Origin: Isurus oxyrinchus
Taxonomy: Eukaryota
Assembly (NCBI GenBank): GCA_026770705.1
Contig: JANJGN010000026.1
Span: forward strand, 25,172,001-25,236,000
Direction of reading: 5' to 3'
Length of the DNA: 64,000 nt
Part shown: positions 26,189-38,981 of the stretch, in pieces
Numbering within the stretch: position 1 is the first letter of the stretch
How the letters are laid out: each line of letters begins with the position of its first letter
Program-made: the position numbers and the translations under genes
The notes under the pieces: generated by a model
What the model was told of the DNA's origin: nothing
The model's input: only the letters and a program-made list of their open reading frames with translations
The model's database searches: none

Positions 26189-27667
26189 GGTCCCAGATTG
26201 ATCCTCAGAAACAGAGAGAGCGTTTTTGTCTGCAGCAGGTCTGAAATGGGAGAAACTGAACACACCCGGTGATTGTATATGACCGGCTGGGATTTTTTTC
26301 TCCCCGCCTATTTTACGTCTTCAATAGTTACTTTTTTGTAGAAGCGGACCTTTAGAAAGTAATCAGAGCGCGCCCTCTCGTGGACAACACAATCGCATTG
26401 GAACGATTCACAGAAACAGGTATACAGACATGTTCTGACACAGACATCAATTCTAACGTGCGCCGTCATAAAGGTACATTTCCTTTGGATATCTTTGAAG
26501 TCTAATCGGCTGAGTTGTTCACGGTGAAAGTTTCTTAGTAAGTGATAAGAGGCACCTTCTGTCTTCACTACACAGCTTATACATAGCACAGAATTACACT
26601 ACTGACACAGAGAAATCGACACGGAGACAGGTATACACAGCCATGGACATACAAAGACATCTACTCAATCATAGATTCTAACATCAGTAAACACATACAT
26701 AGAGACAGATATACGCAGACAGGCAACACATAAAATACACACAAACTGACAAACACAGACAGACAAACATACAAATAAACACCGTATTAGACACAGAAAC
26801 AGATTAGCATAGCCAGAGATACCGGCAAAACAGCCGAGAGTAACCTTTCTGCAATGGAATAGCCTGAGGCCGTGACACTGTGGCAATGCCTGTCAGATTT
26901 CCATTGCAATGAAATGGAGCACTTTAGCAACAAGAGCACCCGGAAATTGATGTTTCCTTAACGATGAACATCATTTTCTAAACATGATATGACTGGAACC
27001 CTTTTGGAAATAAGGTTTAAACTAAGGATTGACTTTTGCAGACAAGAAACCTGAGATGTGCCCATGACGTTGTCTGTGTGTGCGCGTGTGTGTGTGTCCA
27101 TGTGTGTGTGTGTGTGTGTTTGTGAGAGAGAGAGGCCGGTGAAGATAAGACAGAGTCCTCACACATTTTCGAGGCCTGTGGCCCAGATATCAAAGACAAT
27201 GCAAAACTGCACAAGAGACTACTTGTCCGGGCCACTGGTAGTGATGGTTCACATTAATAGCGCCAATGGCCACAGGCTGCTCATTGAAACCGGACTCTTG
27301 TCTGATGCAGGAACTGACGAGGACCCACTGTGCTGAGAGAGGTGCCTCGGATTCTCGCCCTTCAGCACGAAGGCGCCAAATGGCAGGAGGCACAATGTTA
27401 AGTGCAGGATCCCTGCGCTGAAATACTGCGGTTGGGGGTTTTCACTCTTATGGTTCTTCCAATTTTGTTATTTTGTTGGTTTATTCATTTTAATTTACCT
27501 TCCATTTGCCCATTCCAAACATGAGACAAGTTTCTTCTATTCATCGATCTATATTTCTATTCGCCTTTCTGTCCAGCAATGTATCCTGGTCTGTGTCATG
27601 ATATCTCCATCTCACTCATCACTGTAAAATGTATCAATTCATCTTTCCCTTCCTCCTTTGCCTCAGG

Positions 27668-27990
27668 AGCAAAGCGTTCTCAGAAGATATAGTTATCTAT
27701 CGACCTCCCTTGTCTGGAAGAAAGCTTGAAGAGCATAAATTGCATCTATTCAACTTCTGATGAGAGCTATTTCGTGCATCTTTATCGTCAGAACCAGAAC
27801 ACGACTCCCACTTTCGTAATTCGGGCACATTTCGTAATTTGGAAGGGGCAAAATTGAAGGTCGCTTCTCTTTCATTCTAGAAACAGCCAAGGACATAACT
27901 GCTTTCGCATTGAGTGGGCTGCAGATCGCTGACAGCACCGTGTCCTGCGGTGTGCTGAGGTTCGCAACGAGAAAGGCCTCTGATCAACTC
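27668..27990 (+). pseudogene. TCR V relic
   Basis: After an AG acceptor: ...SINCIYSTSDESYFVHLYRQNQNTTPTFVI...GRFSFILETAKDITAFALSGLQIADSTVSCGVLR, with a stop in FR1 and no intact RSS. Confidence 0.7.
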
Positions 27991-29529
27991 ATACCGTCGC
28001 CGTGTTCTGTCAGGTCAGTTGAAATGAGAGTTATTAAACCCGACCACCAGGTAGCGCATCAGGCCCCGCATTCCCACCGCCTGTTGCGTTGGAGAAACCA
28101 ATGCTGACAGGTAATTTCTTAATATTAATTCAGGAGAAATTGAGTTTGATCTCATATTTATGCTCTTCAATGTGACGTTTGCTTACAGACCCATAATTGA
28201 GAAAGTTAGGTCAGTGTTAATGAGCACCTTCAACTCCAGGGCATTGGAATGGGTTGCCCGTGTGTTCTGCTCCCCACTGACATATTCAGCCTCTTGCCTT
28301 AACCAATTTTAACTATGAAGATATCGGTAACTGCAGTATTATGCAACAATTCTCTAATTCCTATCGCGAAATCTCTTTGTCTCGGATTCGGCATGAATCT
28401 GAAAGTCACGCAGTTCTTCTGGAGACAGAATTGTTTGTGAATTCAGTTCGTTAGAAAGATACGAATTAGGAGCAGGTGCAAGTCATTCAGCACCTCGAAC
28501 CCCCTCAGGCATTCAGTAAGGTCATGGCTGATCTGATTGCGGCCTCAGTGCCACTTCCCTGCCTATCCCATTTACCCTTCGACTCCCTTGTTAGCCAAGA
28601 AATTATCTACCTCTGTTTTAAAAATATTCAATGATCCTAACTTCACCATTCTGGTCAACTCCATACTGAAATTTAAATCGATCGGCAGGAAGACGTTATT
28701 TAACCTATAAGATGAAGAGGTATTTTATTCAGAGGCGAAAATATGACCAATTTGATGGGCATTAGGATTTTGCGGGAGCCCATCCGGCGGCGCTGTGAAG
28801 TCACGGTTACACTGTCTGTCCAAGACAACCAGTGGGTCTGTTCAAAGTTAAATAAAACATCCCGCAGTAAAACAACCCATAACATTAAAACACTGCCCGC
28901 AATGGGCAGGACGTGCAGTAAGAATGGTAAGTTCATCCACTGCAGTTCAAATCATCGGCCAAGTTTGTGTGACGTGTAGTCGGCCATGTTTGTGTCACGT
29001 AAGGTCGGCCATGTTTATGTGACGTGTTGCGATTCTTTCAGTTACTTCGTCTAACCCGCCGTGTGTCCGCTATTTATTTTCAGAGATGATCAATGGCGCT
29101 GCTGTTTAAATCAGAACAAGGGCAGGCATCCGTAGAGTTCTCGAATGTTTGTACAGGAAATTAATGAGAAAAATACATCATAAGCCAATGGAGTTCCTCC
29201 AGCTGAAATCACTGCGATCAGCCTGAAGAAAGCTAACATTTCACGACCATTTAAAATTAGGGCCAAAAGCAGATATTTTTCCCCCAGCGTTAGCACAGAT
29301 CTATGGATTTCTGGATGAATATCTGAGCAAATGTCATGCCGTAAATACCCTGGGTGTGGTGCGGGCTCTTCAGGACATATTTGTAAAGCTATCTCAAGAT
29401 TGCAGAGTCATTTTCACTTCGTCCTGACCCTCATGCTCTTTAGACTGTGAGTAGAAATGGAACTCATTGACTATGACTGTGATGACACGGGCCTAAACTG
29501 AGTGTGATTATTTCCCGCTTCACATGTTA

Positions 29530-30030
29530 TAGAGAGTGGGAGAGAGGTGGGACATAAAGAGGTGGAGAAAGAAAGACAGTGAATTAAACAGACATAGTGA
29601 GACCGAGATAAATGGAAGATCACTGAAATACATAAACATAGAAAGAGATGGAGGGAGAAAGCGAGTTAAGAAAGTGAGAAAGAGCAGGACAGAGAGAGAA
29701 AGAAAGGCAGAGAGGGAGATATGGGGAGAAAGAGAAAAATGGAAAAAGAAAGACAAAGAGAGGCTAAACAGATGGATTGACGCCGAGGCACTTTCAGAGA
29801 CAGAGAGAAAGAGAGAAAGAGACAGAAAGAGAGAGAGGGGGGGGGGGGGGGGGGGGAAGGGGACGGGGGTGGGGGGAAAGAGAGAGAGAGACAGAGAGTG
29901 AGGGGATGGGGGGGAGGAGGGAGAAACGGAGCGAGAGAGCCGTGGAGATGGGGGTCGGTGGGTGGGTGGACAGAGAGACAGAGAGAGGGGCGGAGAGAGA
30001 AAGAGATAAAGAGGGAGAGGCAGGCAGAAA
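29530..30030. repeat. Purine-rich (GA)n / poly-G low-complexity tract
   Basis: Directly visible; a counterpart at about 12750-13070 precedes the paralogous cassette. Confidence 0.8.
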
Positions 30031-30284
30031 ATCTCACGCACGTAGCTCGGCAGGGAAAAGCTTGGACGGGAAACATTAGCAATTTGCTCACAACCAGCAC
30101 CGGCTGGCGTACACCTGTTGTCAGTTCTGAGAAGTCAGGCAATCCGGACAAAGAGAAACTCCCTGCATTCTCACAATAAGCAGAACATTCCTTCCTATCT
30201 GAATTTACTCTTCAATATCAAACCAGAAGAGTCAACATATTTAAAATATTCTGGTATTCTCGATCATTGTGTAAACCAGGCACC

Positions 30285-30767
30285 ATGTGTTCGTTATGGT
30301 ACTTGCTGATAATAATCGTCGTGCTGCCAGGTGTGTCTCTCAAAAATGTTTATTTTTTTTTGTTCTATTGGTTATATTTACTGGCAGAATTTTGGCACAT
30401 TTTGTGTTTTTGTTACAGGAACGAATGGCCAAGATTCAGTGTCTCATGGTCCTGCCGAATAAATGGTTCAAGAAGGGCAGACCCTGATACTAAACTTCAG
30501 TTACTCTACGTCCTATGGCATTCACGATATCTGCTGGTGTATCCAGTATTCCGGGGGTTCTCCGAGATATTTATTGAGGAAATACAGCACAGGGCCGACA
30601 GAGAAGTCTCCAGATTCCTCCCCAGACCGGCTTTCTGCTGATTTAGACAAAGACAGGGAAATGGTTCCATTAACAGCGACCAATGATCTTGTCTCTGACA
30701 CTGCCGTGTATCATTGTCGGCTAATTCCCACACTGTTGCGGAGGCGCAGTCAGGACATACAGAAACC
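30285..30767 (+). pseudogene. TCR alpha/delta V pseudogene (family A)
   Basis: Leader MCSLWYLLIIIVVLP 30285-30330. V exon from 30419 has TAA in FR1 and Cys23 changed to Phe. RSS CACACTG-23-ACAGAAACC at 30729-30767. Confidence 0.88.
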
Positions 30768-31286
30768 GAGACCCGGAGTGCTAGCTGGTAATCGAACTGA
30801 AACTAAAGTAAAGTTTACTTTCGCCGAATGGCACATTCCTGTGTTGCAGACTGTACGTCATTCTGTGTAATATTCATTCTAATAACTGTTATGCTCGATT
30901 CCCGTGGTCAGCAAGCAGCTCTTTTATTGCGAGTCCCCGGCATTGGTACAAGAGCAATATTTGCTGCCACCAACTCACACACTGACCCTGTTACAGGGGC
31001 AACACTGCGAGATCTGCGTCTCGGTCCCCGTTGTGGGAAGAACAACGTCACTGATTCGTTGATTCCGCTCTGACTCGGTGGATTTGAGAACAAAGGATCT
31101 GTGAGCTGATTGGATGAATTGGAGAACAAAAGACCGTGACCTGACTGGACGTCACTTGTTGACTCTTTCAGGAATAAACCAATCACTGGAGAGACCGGAT
31201 ATAAATGAACATCTGCCCAACTCTTGACTGAAACAATTACAGATTCAACACTTTCTGTTAAAATCCGCCATGATTTCGTTGCAAAC

Positions 31287-31819
31287 ATGTCGGTTGCTAT
31301 TTGTTATTCATTTCTCACAGCTGCAGCTCTGGTATCCTGTAAGTCCACAAGTTACACAGCCTTCTTCTTGCAAGAATCATTAGCATTCATTTAATGGTGT
31401 TTTACTCTATTTACACTGTGATCTGTTACACTTTGGCATTAGTTACAATAAAATGATAATTAAATCTGAATGTTCTGTATGCCTAAATTCCTGCAGGTGA
31501 TAGCCGCTTACAGTGATGCAGTTTGAAGGAGATTCGGTGACCATTAATTACAGCTATTCGGCCACATCGGCTGCTTCATATTTCATTCAACTGTACCGTC
31601 AGGACCAGGATAAAGGCCCAATGTTCTTGATCTACATCCTTAAAATGGAAATGTTTTCAGAGCAGAGAAATTGGGGATTCGATTTTCTGCATCTCTGGAC
31701 ACTTCAAAAAATGGGGGCAATTTCACCATCCGTGACCTGCGGCTGTCTGACAGCATGATGTATTACTGCGGGCTGAGAGACCCAGTGACAGGAACCAGAG
31801 GGAACCCCGTACACAAACA
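31287..31819 (+). pseudogene. TCR alpha/delta V pseudogene (family B)
   Basis: Leader MSVAICYSFLTAAALVS 31287-31338. FR1 deletion, then EGDSVTINYSYS...IQLYRQ, frameshift near 31645. RSS CCCAGTG-23-ACACAAACA. Confidence 0.85.
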
Positions 31820-32390
31820 CTGCCGCTATGTGACAGGGTAAAAGAGCACGGACTGTGGAGGGAGTTATGTGGTGTTCCAGTAAGTAACAAAGGAGAGCGT
31901 TCGGACAATGTGTCCACAAGACAGCCCCCAACCACTCTGAATAGGCAAGTCAGATTTCATTCACAATATGTTGAAGATTTAGTAGGATAAATCCATGCAG
32001 GTTTATTAGAAGACTTGACCCTTTGACATATATTAAATTGGAAAATTTTCCTACTCACGATTCATATATTTTCAGACTCTGTTTGGGATGCCAGTGACAC
32101 AGAGTGACAAGCAAAAACCTTCCCTCCGTATGTCCCCAGGACAAGGCTAATCAAAGCTGATCACCATCAGCAAGGTCAGTCTGATTAATGACAGTGAGTG
32201 AAATAAACTCAACATCTTCATCTTCATTCAACAACATTAATTCTTTCTCTACATGTAAAATAAATATCGAACTGACTCACAGGTCAATCAAGGATCAAGC
32301 TGTCCATATTTACCCGTCTTTCTCTCAGTTCAACAGGATGCACAGTTAAAATGCTTCATTTGTCTGTGAGGAACAGATTGGGTTTACCGA

Positions 32391-32461
32391 AGTGACATCA
32401 GGCCAATCAAATCTAGTGATCTCAGCTCCGCTCCTCGTATGTTCATCAGAAAGTGACGTAA
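32391..32461 (+). promoter_or_regulatory. TCR V promoter decamer / CRE-like and CCAAT elements
   Basis: AGTGACATCA (32391-32400), CCAAT (32403) and AGTGACGTAA (32452), 95-165 bp upstream of the ATG at 32555. Confidence 0.6.
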
Positions 32462-32554
32462 TACAGCCTCATCCAAAGCCCTCAACCATATATTGTTCAA
32501 TATTCTGTCGGTTTCTGACACACTTTCTGTCCCGTGAATCCCGGAGCAGTAACA

Positions 32555-33661
32555 ATGCGACTCCCCGTTCTCGCTGTGGTCTGGGTGACATCAATTCTCG
32601 GTAAGAAACTTCACACTTTAAAAGGGATTAATTTCTGCAGGATTAAATTTGAAAAATAGGGAATTCACGTTAAACAAGTATCGGACCTGGGTTAGAGCAT
32701 ACTTGAGTCATTATCAGCAGTTCTGGTCTCTTCCTTACAAGAAGGGACACACAACACGATGGAAAGGTGATTTAAAGTGATGATGCACGAGTTGGGAAAT
32801 AATATCGATCAGAAAACAGCTTAAAGGCTAGGGTTTCAGACTGTACTAATGACAAGGCGAATGTGTAAGTTGATTGTTGTCCTTACAATGATGAAGAATT
32901 TTTGTATCATGGACGTGGAGAGGATGATTCCACTCGTGGATCCCAAATCCATGTGACATAAATCAGACCGTCACAAAAAGATCCAACAGGAAATTCATGA
33001 GAAACTTCTTTAGAAAGAGAGCAGCCAAATGTGATTCTCATTACCACAAGGAGTAGTTGAGGGGGGTAGCAAAAATGTACTTAAACAGAAACTATATGAG
33101 GGAGACTGGGATGGAGGGATTTGATGAACGAGGTTAAGAGGGAGAGAAGATTCTCGTGAGGATTGTAAATACTGATATAGGTCAGTGGGGCCCGATGCGC
33201 AGTTTTGCTCTCTTAATTCTATCCAAGTGTATGTCACACTGACTGAATTTTCACCGTCACTCCAGTCCAGTTGAACATTTAGTCGCTGATTCCCGCTTTC
33301 CTTAACCGTGTGTTACAGATCTGAGCGATGGATAATCTGTTACTCAGCGGCAATCCTCACTCACATACGCAGAAGGAGAAGATGTCGCTTTAAACTGCAC
33401 CTATACCGACGATTCTGATGGCTTATTCTTGTACCGTCAATGCCCAGGCAGACAGCCCGAGTTTGCAGTCCAGAGGGACACGAGCGGCGGTTCTGAATTT
33501 ATGGCCGATTTCGATCAGCTCCGGTTTCCTGATACAGTCCAGCAGACAGACAAGTCGTACCAATTGACCATTTTGGAGCTGCGGATGTCTGAGGCCGCGG
33601 TCTGTTATTGTGCACAGAGTCTCACAGTGATGGGAATGATTGAAAACTTCATACAATAACT
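32555..33661 (+). pseudogene. TCR alpha/delta V pseudogene (family C) with LINE fragment in the leader intron
   Basis: Leader MRLPVLAVVWVTSIL 32555-32600. Intron enlarged by a decayed CR1 piece. V exon from 33319 has an early TAA and Trp41 changed to Leu. RSS CACAGTG-23-ACAATAACT at 33623-33661. Confidence 0.85.
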
Positions 33662-34534
33662 GATGGAGCTTCCTGCGTCATAGCTGCTATCTGTGGAGTG
33701 CTGTTTATCACAGACACTGACACCTGAAACCATTCCTGCGGGCACAAAGAACAAGCACAATCCACATAAACAGCATCTGAAATGGTTCCCTTTGAATGCT
33801 GAGCCTCTTCCTGATGATTGCATTAACGTTGTGGGGGCTGAATTGGTTGCTCACTAGTTCCCATTTCCCCAGAACAATCTCCAGCCCTTTCCTGAAACCA
33901 GTTCTACCAGTTTACCGCTGCTTCAGAGACAGCACATGGCAAGAGAAGAAGGAATAATTGTTCTAAAACATTAGTCTGCAGCGTAAAAAGAAGTACACCA
34001 AGTGGAGAAGGTCGTGATAATTATATGAACCTCATTAAATGTTCCTAAATGTTAAAGACATTTGAACATATTAATACACATCATGTACAATTTAAGCCGC
34101 TGCTGAGGGTTTGCTGCCATCTGACGGGAGAAATCAGAATTGTTCCCATCATTGTTTCCTTCAGTTCGGAGAGCCGGTGTTTCGGAATTTACTCCAAAGA
34201 CATTCCAAAGACTACACAGGCCCCGGGGGCAATAAACATAAGCACCATCCAATTACGTTCACGTTGAACACTGCCTCTCTCTAATGATTGCATTAAGGGA
34301 GTGAGGGCAGAATTGGCTGCTCCTCATTCCCGTTAAAAAAACAAAATCTCTTCCACTTTCCTGGAATGAGCTCTGTCGGTTTCCCGCTCCTTCAGACAAA
34401 GCTGTATTAATTTGTTTTATATACCAGTCTGCAGGGGAAGCAGGAGTTCGCTAGCTGGAGATGAACGTAATGATTATGAGCCTGTTTAAATATCCCGCAA
34501 TGTTAAAGATGTTTGAACATCATTCAATGCTTCT

Positions 34535-35700
34535 ATTCATTTTCGATTCATGCACGGGATGTGGCCATCGCTGGCAGGGCCAGCATTTATTGCCCACCCC
34601 TAATTGCCCTTGAGGAGGCGGTGGTGAGCTGCCTACTTGAACCAATGCAATTCATGTGGTGTAGGCACACCCACAGTGCTGTTAGGAATGGAGTTCCAGG
34701 ATTTTGACCCAACGACAGTGACGGAACGACGATATATTTCCAAGTCAGGATGGTGGGTGGTTTGAAGGGAACTTCCAGCTGTTAGTGTTCCCATCTAACT
34801 GTTGCCCTTTCCGTTCTAGGTGGCCCTGGTCGTGGTTTTGAAAGGTGCTGTCTAAGGGGCCTTAGTAAATCTCTACAGTGAATTTTGCTGCTACTGTGCG
34901 TCGGTGGTGGAGGGAGTGAATGTTTGTGAATGGGGTGCCAATCAAGTGGGCTGATTTGTCCTGAGTGATGTCAAGCTTCTTGAGCGTTGTTGGAGCTGTA
35001 CTTAACCAGGCAAGTGGAAAGTATTCCATCACACTTCTAACTTGTGCTTTGTAGACGGTGGACAGACTTCGGGGAGTCAGGAGGTGAGTCAATCATCGCA
35101 TGATTCCTAACCTCTAACCTGCTCTTGTAGCTATGTTACTTATTTGGCTAGTCCAGTTCAGATTCTGGTCAAATGGTAAAACCTAGGATATTGATAGTGG
35201 GAGATTCAATGATGTTAATGCCATTGAACCTCAAGGGGTGATGCTTGGCTTCTCTGTTGTTGCATATGGTCATTGCCTGGCACTTGTTGGTCGCGAATGT
35301 TACTTGCTACTTGTCAGCCCAAGCCTCAGTATTGCCCAAGTCTTGCTGCATTTGGACATGGACTGCTTCAGTATCTAAAGAGTCACTAATGGTGCTGAAT
35401 ATTGCGCAATCATCAGTGAACATCCCCACTTCTGACCTTATGGTGGAACACGGGTCATTGTTGAAACAGGTTATTGCTAAGCAAGTGCCGTTTGATAGCA
35501 CTGTTAATAATCCCTTCCATTACTTTACTGATGATGGAGAGTAGGCCGATGGGGCGGTACTTGGCTGGATTCAATTTGTCTTGCCTTTCATGTGCAGGAC
35601 ATACCTGAGCACTTTTCCATATTTTGTGAGTAGGTGCCAGGTTTGTGGCTGTACTAGAACAGCATGGCTATGGGCGCAGCTGGTTCTGGACCACAAGTGC
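34535..35700 (-). mobile_element. Non-LTR retrotransposon (CR1/L2-superfamily) RT C-terminus and 3' end
   Basis: Minus ORFs with SEVGMFTDDCAIFSTI (RT FADD-like motif) and LSTVYKAQVRSVMEYFPLAW...HSLHHRRTVAA. Related piece at 39300-39745 (plus). Confidence 0.75.
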
Positions 35701-38478
35701 CATCATTATGTGAGGGGCTCGCAGGGGAGATCTATTCCAGCTGCCCTGGGAGCCAGCAATGCCTTTTGCAATGATGGTGATAATGGTACTTTACCTCTTT
35801 GCAACAGGCTCATTCCAGGCAGCCTGTGGAGAACTCAGAGGGATAAGGCCGCCTGCTCCATATCTTACATCAAGGTATTCACAGATGCAATGTTCTGAGG
35901 GGCTGGGAATTACATGGACAGACATGCACCTTTATAAACAGGAAGCGATTACAATTGATCAATGTGCAACTGGTGTGCGGCCATTAGGAGGCGTCCGGTG
36001 ATCATGAAGGACGCAATATTCTTGATTTTTAAATTTTTTCTATGAATCAGATGTGCAAAATAAAAATGTTGGATTGAGCCAATGAGCCACACGTTTCCAG
36101 ACTGACCCAAAATCCAAGCTGTGAACGAGGCCATTCAGCACCCAGGACGGAAAGAACTATCCATTCGTCAAAACCTCCCCTCCCACCCTCACTGCTGCGT
36201 CTCCATAGCCCTGCATTTTATTTCCATTGGAGACCATGCCTCCGTTGATACTGAGTTAGATCCTGTCCAATTGTCCTACTTAGATTATCCAGGAGTATGC
36301 CACCTGTTGCCATGGTTTCCACACCTAAGCACTGTTGTAATTGACGTGACCTGACAGAGTTCCTGGTCTACAAGGCGGGGACAGTTTCATGACAGGGATG
36401 TTGCTGAGACTCTCAGTGAGCACTTTCAATCTGCAGTGTTGGTCAGCTGCACACTCGGGATGGGCGAAGTGTACAATTTTTCCAAGCTGTTGAGTTCTTC
36501 AGCAAAACAATTTATTTTCAATCAAAACCTGTTTTTCCTTCATAACCATCGGTAAATTTCGACAGGGGAAACTTGGGATGAGTTTCGATTTGTGGCTGAT
36601 GCAAAGCGAAACCACACACGCCGACGAGATCATTACTATAAGGACGAGATAAAGTCACTTCCGCTCCTCCTCCCGTAATTCCTGAAGGCAGCGGCTGCGT
36701 TAGCGAATCTCCATGACCCCAATCCCGATATAAAGCTCAACACGAGCAGGTCAGATTTGCACGTTAAAAAAAACCCATCAGATTCAAAACACGTTGGGAA
36801 GGAGGGTGAATAGGCAATGAGTTAGACCCACCACCATCAGCAGCCAATTACAAACTATAATATCCACACTACTTCAGTCGGTGGGAGAGTGGATTTCTAT
36901 TCGGCAGCAAAGCATAGTGAGAAGTGGAATAATAATGAAGAGCGGCGCTACACATTTCCGCGGGATGATTCTGACTCTCTAACTCTCCGGGATGACCTCG
37001 GTCGGAGAAACGATGCACTTACCTGTCCCACTGGACTGTTCATCAAAACCATGAAAAACAGGGAACATCGGCATAAATATTCCTGATGTCAGAGCGGGAA
37101 AGGCGGGTCAGGCAGGGAGAGCAAACTGCGGAAGCTGTTGCTGGGTCGAGGCGAGAAAGATCGAATACATGTACAACCTGTCAGGATTTCTCGCGACATC
37201 CTTGTCTTATATCAAAGCCTTAGGATGGTAATTATTCTGAAAGGTCCAGTCCCAGGAGAATTGCGCCAGTCTTTTGTTTCCTGTAACAGTGGACTGAGCA
37301 GAAGGCGCAGTGGTAGAATAATAGTAATGCTGCTGTTGAGAGTAATCCAGAGTATTAATACTCTGGAGACATGAGCTTAAAGCGAACAATGATCATGGGA
37401 GTGTAACATTGTTATAAAACTGCACCTGGTTCACTAACCTGCTTTAGGAAAGGAAATTCGTCAATTTTTCCCGGTCCGGCCGACCCATGTGACTGCAGAT
37501 TCACAACAATGAGCTGGCTCCTTTACTGCGCACGGAAATTTCCTCGCACGCCACTCATTTGAATCAAACCACTACAGAAGAATAGGACTGCTTGTGTACC
37601 TAGCACAGACAAGACGGCTCACCATCACCTTCTCAATGACATTTCACAATGCGCGCTTAATGTTGCCCATGCCGGCTGTGTTCACTTCTGAAGAACGAAT
37701 TAAAAATTGTTTCAATCACCAGCCCAAAGCCGTGCCTCAATACAGTCGTATCAGGCAGTGTCTGTGTGAAAACATACCCTACAACATTATTCTAAATGGA
37801 AGTGTTGAAATAAAACTGGAGAACATATAAGAGCTCACAATGCAATATCGAGATATCATTTGTACACACAGGGAATAATGAATATGTTGTAATTATGTTC
37901 AGTGAGAGTGAAGGAAGACAAGGTTAAGGGTTTGAGGAAGACGAGAGAGAGGGAGCTCCGGAGAATTGAGTTAAAACATATACCACCGACATGTAATAGA
38001 TTTCACCATTTCAAAAAGAGAAGCAGTCCTTCATTTTCCCTATACTTCTTGGCAAGGAGAATAACCTTTTTTTTCGAAAAATATTCCTGTTTACCACTTT
38101 CGTGCAATGACATCCAACCGCCCCACACCCTTTGCAGCCTCTTGATAGCTTAATATCCAACCTAACTCTGCATCATTGGAAAGCCTGGAAACATTATATC
38201 TGCTCTCCAACTTGATTACGTCCAGTTGGATTACAGAGGATCACGAATAGATTTCTTCCCCAACACTGCTTTCTAAATCCGGATCCATTCCCGCTGTAAG
38301 GACAGTGAGTGTAATCCAGGTCTCCGCTGTCTCAAAACCTGCTGATCTCGCCGCACCACAGAGGACACAGGAAGTGAGGTGTAAACATCCTGTGACACGA
38401 CAGCAGATTATTGAGGGCGGAGATTAAAAAGGGTGTCTTCAAATATCGAGCAGTTCTTTCACAGGGCGAACAACGACA

Positions 38479-38981
38479 ATACGGCTACTCAGCATCTGGG
38501 CTGTGTGGGCAGCAATTCTGACAGGTAATTGTGAAGGGAGTACATTTCATCTTTTATCTCATTTCCCGTTCATGGTTTCAATCAGATTTTAATCAGCTGT
38601 TGGCCTTAACTTTTCTGTTTTAATCTTCTTGTTTCAGACGGGACTCAGGGAGATTCTGTCACTCAGCCACTCTCATCAGATGCTAAAGCAGAAGGAGAAG
38701 GGGACTTTAAACTGTAACTATGATAGTACAGGGAGCAGCTATAGGTTATTCTGGTACCTGCAACACCCAGACACACAGCCCCAGTTTGTAATGTTCAAGG
38801 ATACTTATGACAATGAAGATAAAGCAGAATTTGCGAGAAGTCGCTTCTCTGTTGAGCTCCAGATCTCCACTAATTTCACCAGGTAAACCGTCTCGGGTCT
38901 GCAGCTGACAGACGTTGCCATCTATTACTGCGCTTTCAGATTCACAGTGATGAAAATCAGTCTCACCCCAGTACAAAAACT
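38479..38981 (+). pseudogene. TCR alpha/delta V pseudogene (family G) with intact RSS
   Basis: Leader starts ATA (IRLLSIWAVWAAILT, 38479-38524). V exon from 38638 has an FR1 frameshift, LNCNY...LFWYLQ, TAA in FR3, IYYCAF. RSS CACAGTG-23-ACAAAAACT at 38943-38981. Confidence 0.88.

Noticed and set aside
29520-30179. Long overlapping ORFs (100-173 aa)
   Set aside because: Products of GA/CT low-complexity sequence; the same applies at 6756-7049, 12590-12985 and 62049-62426.
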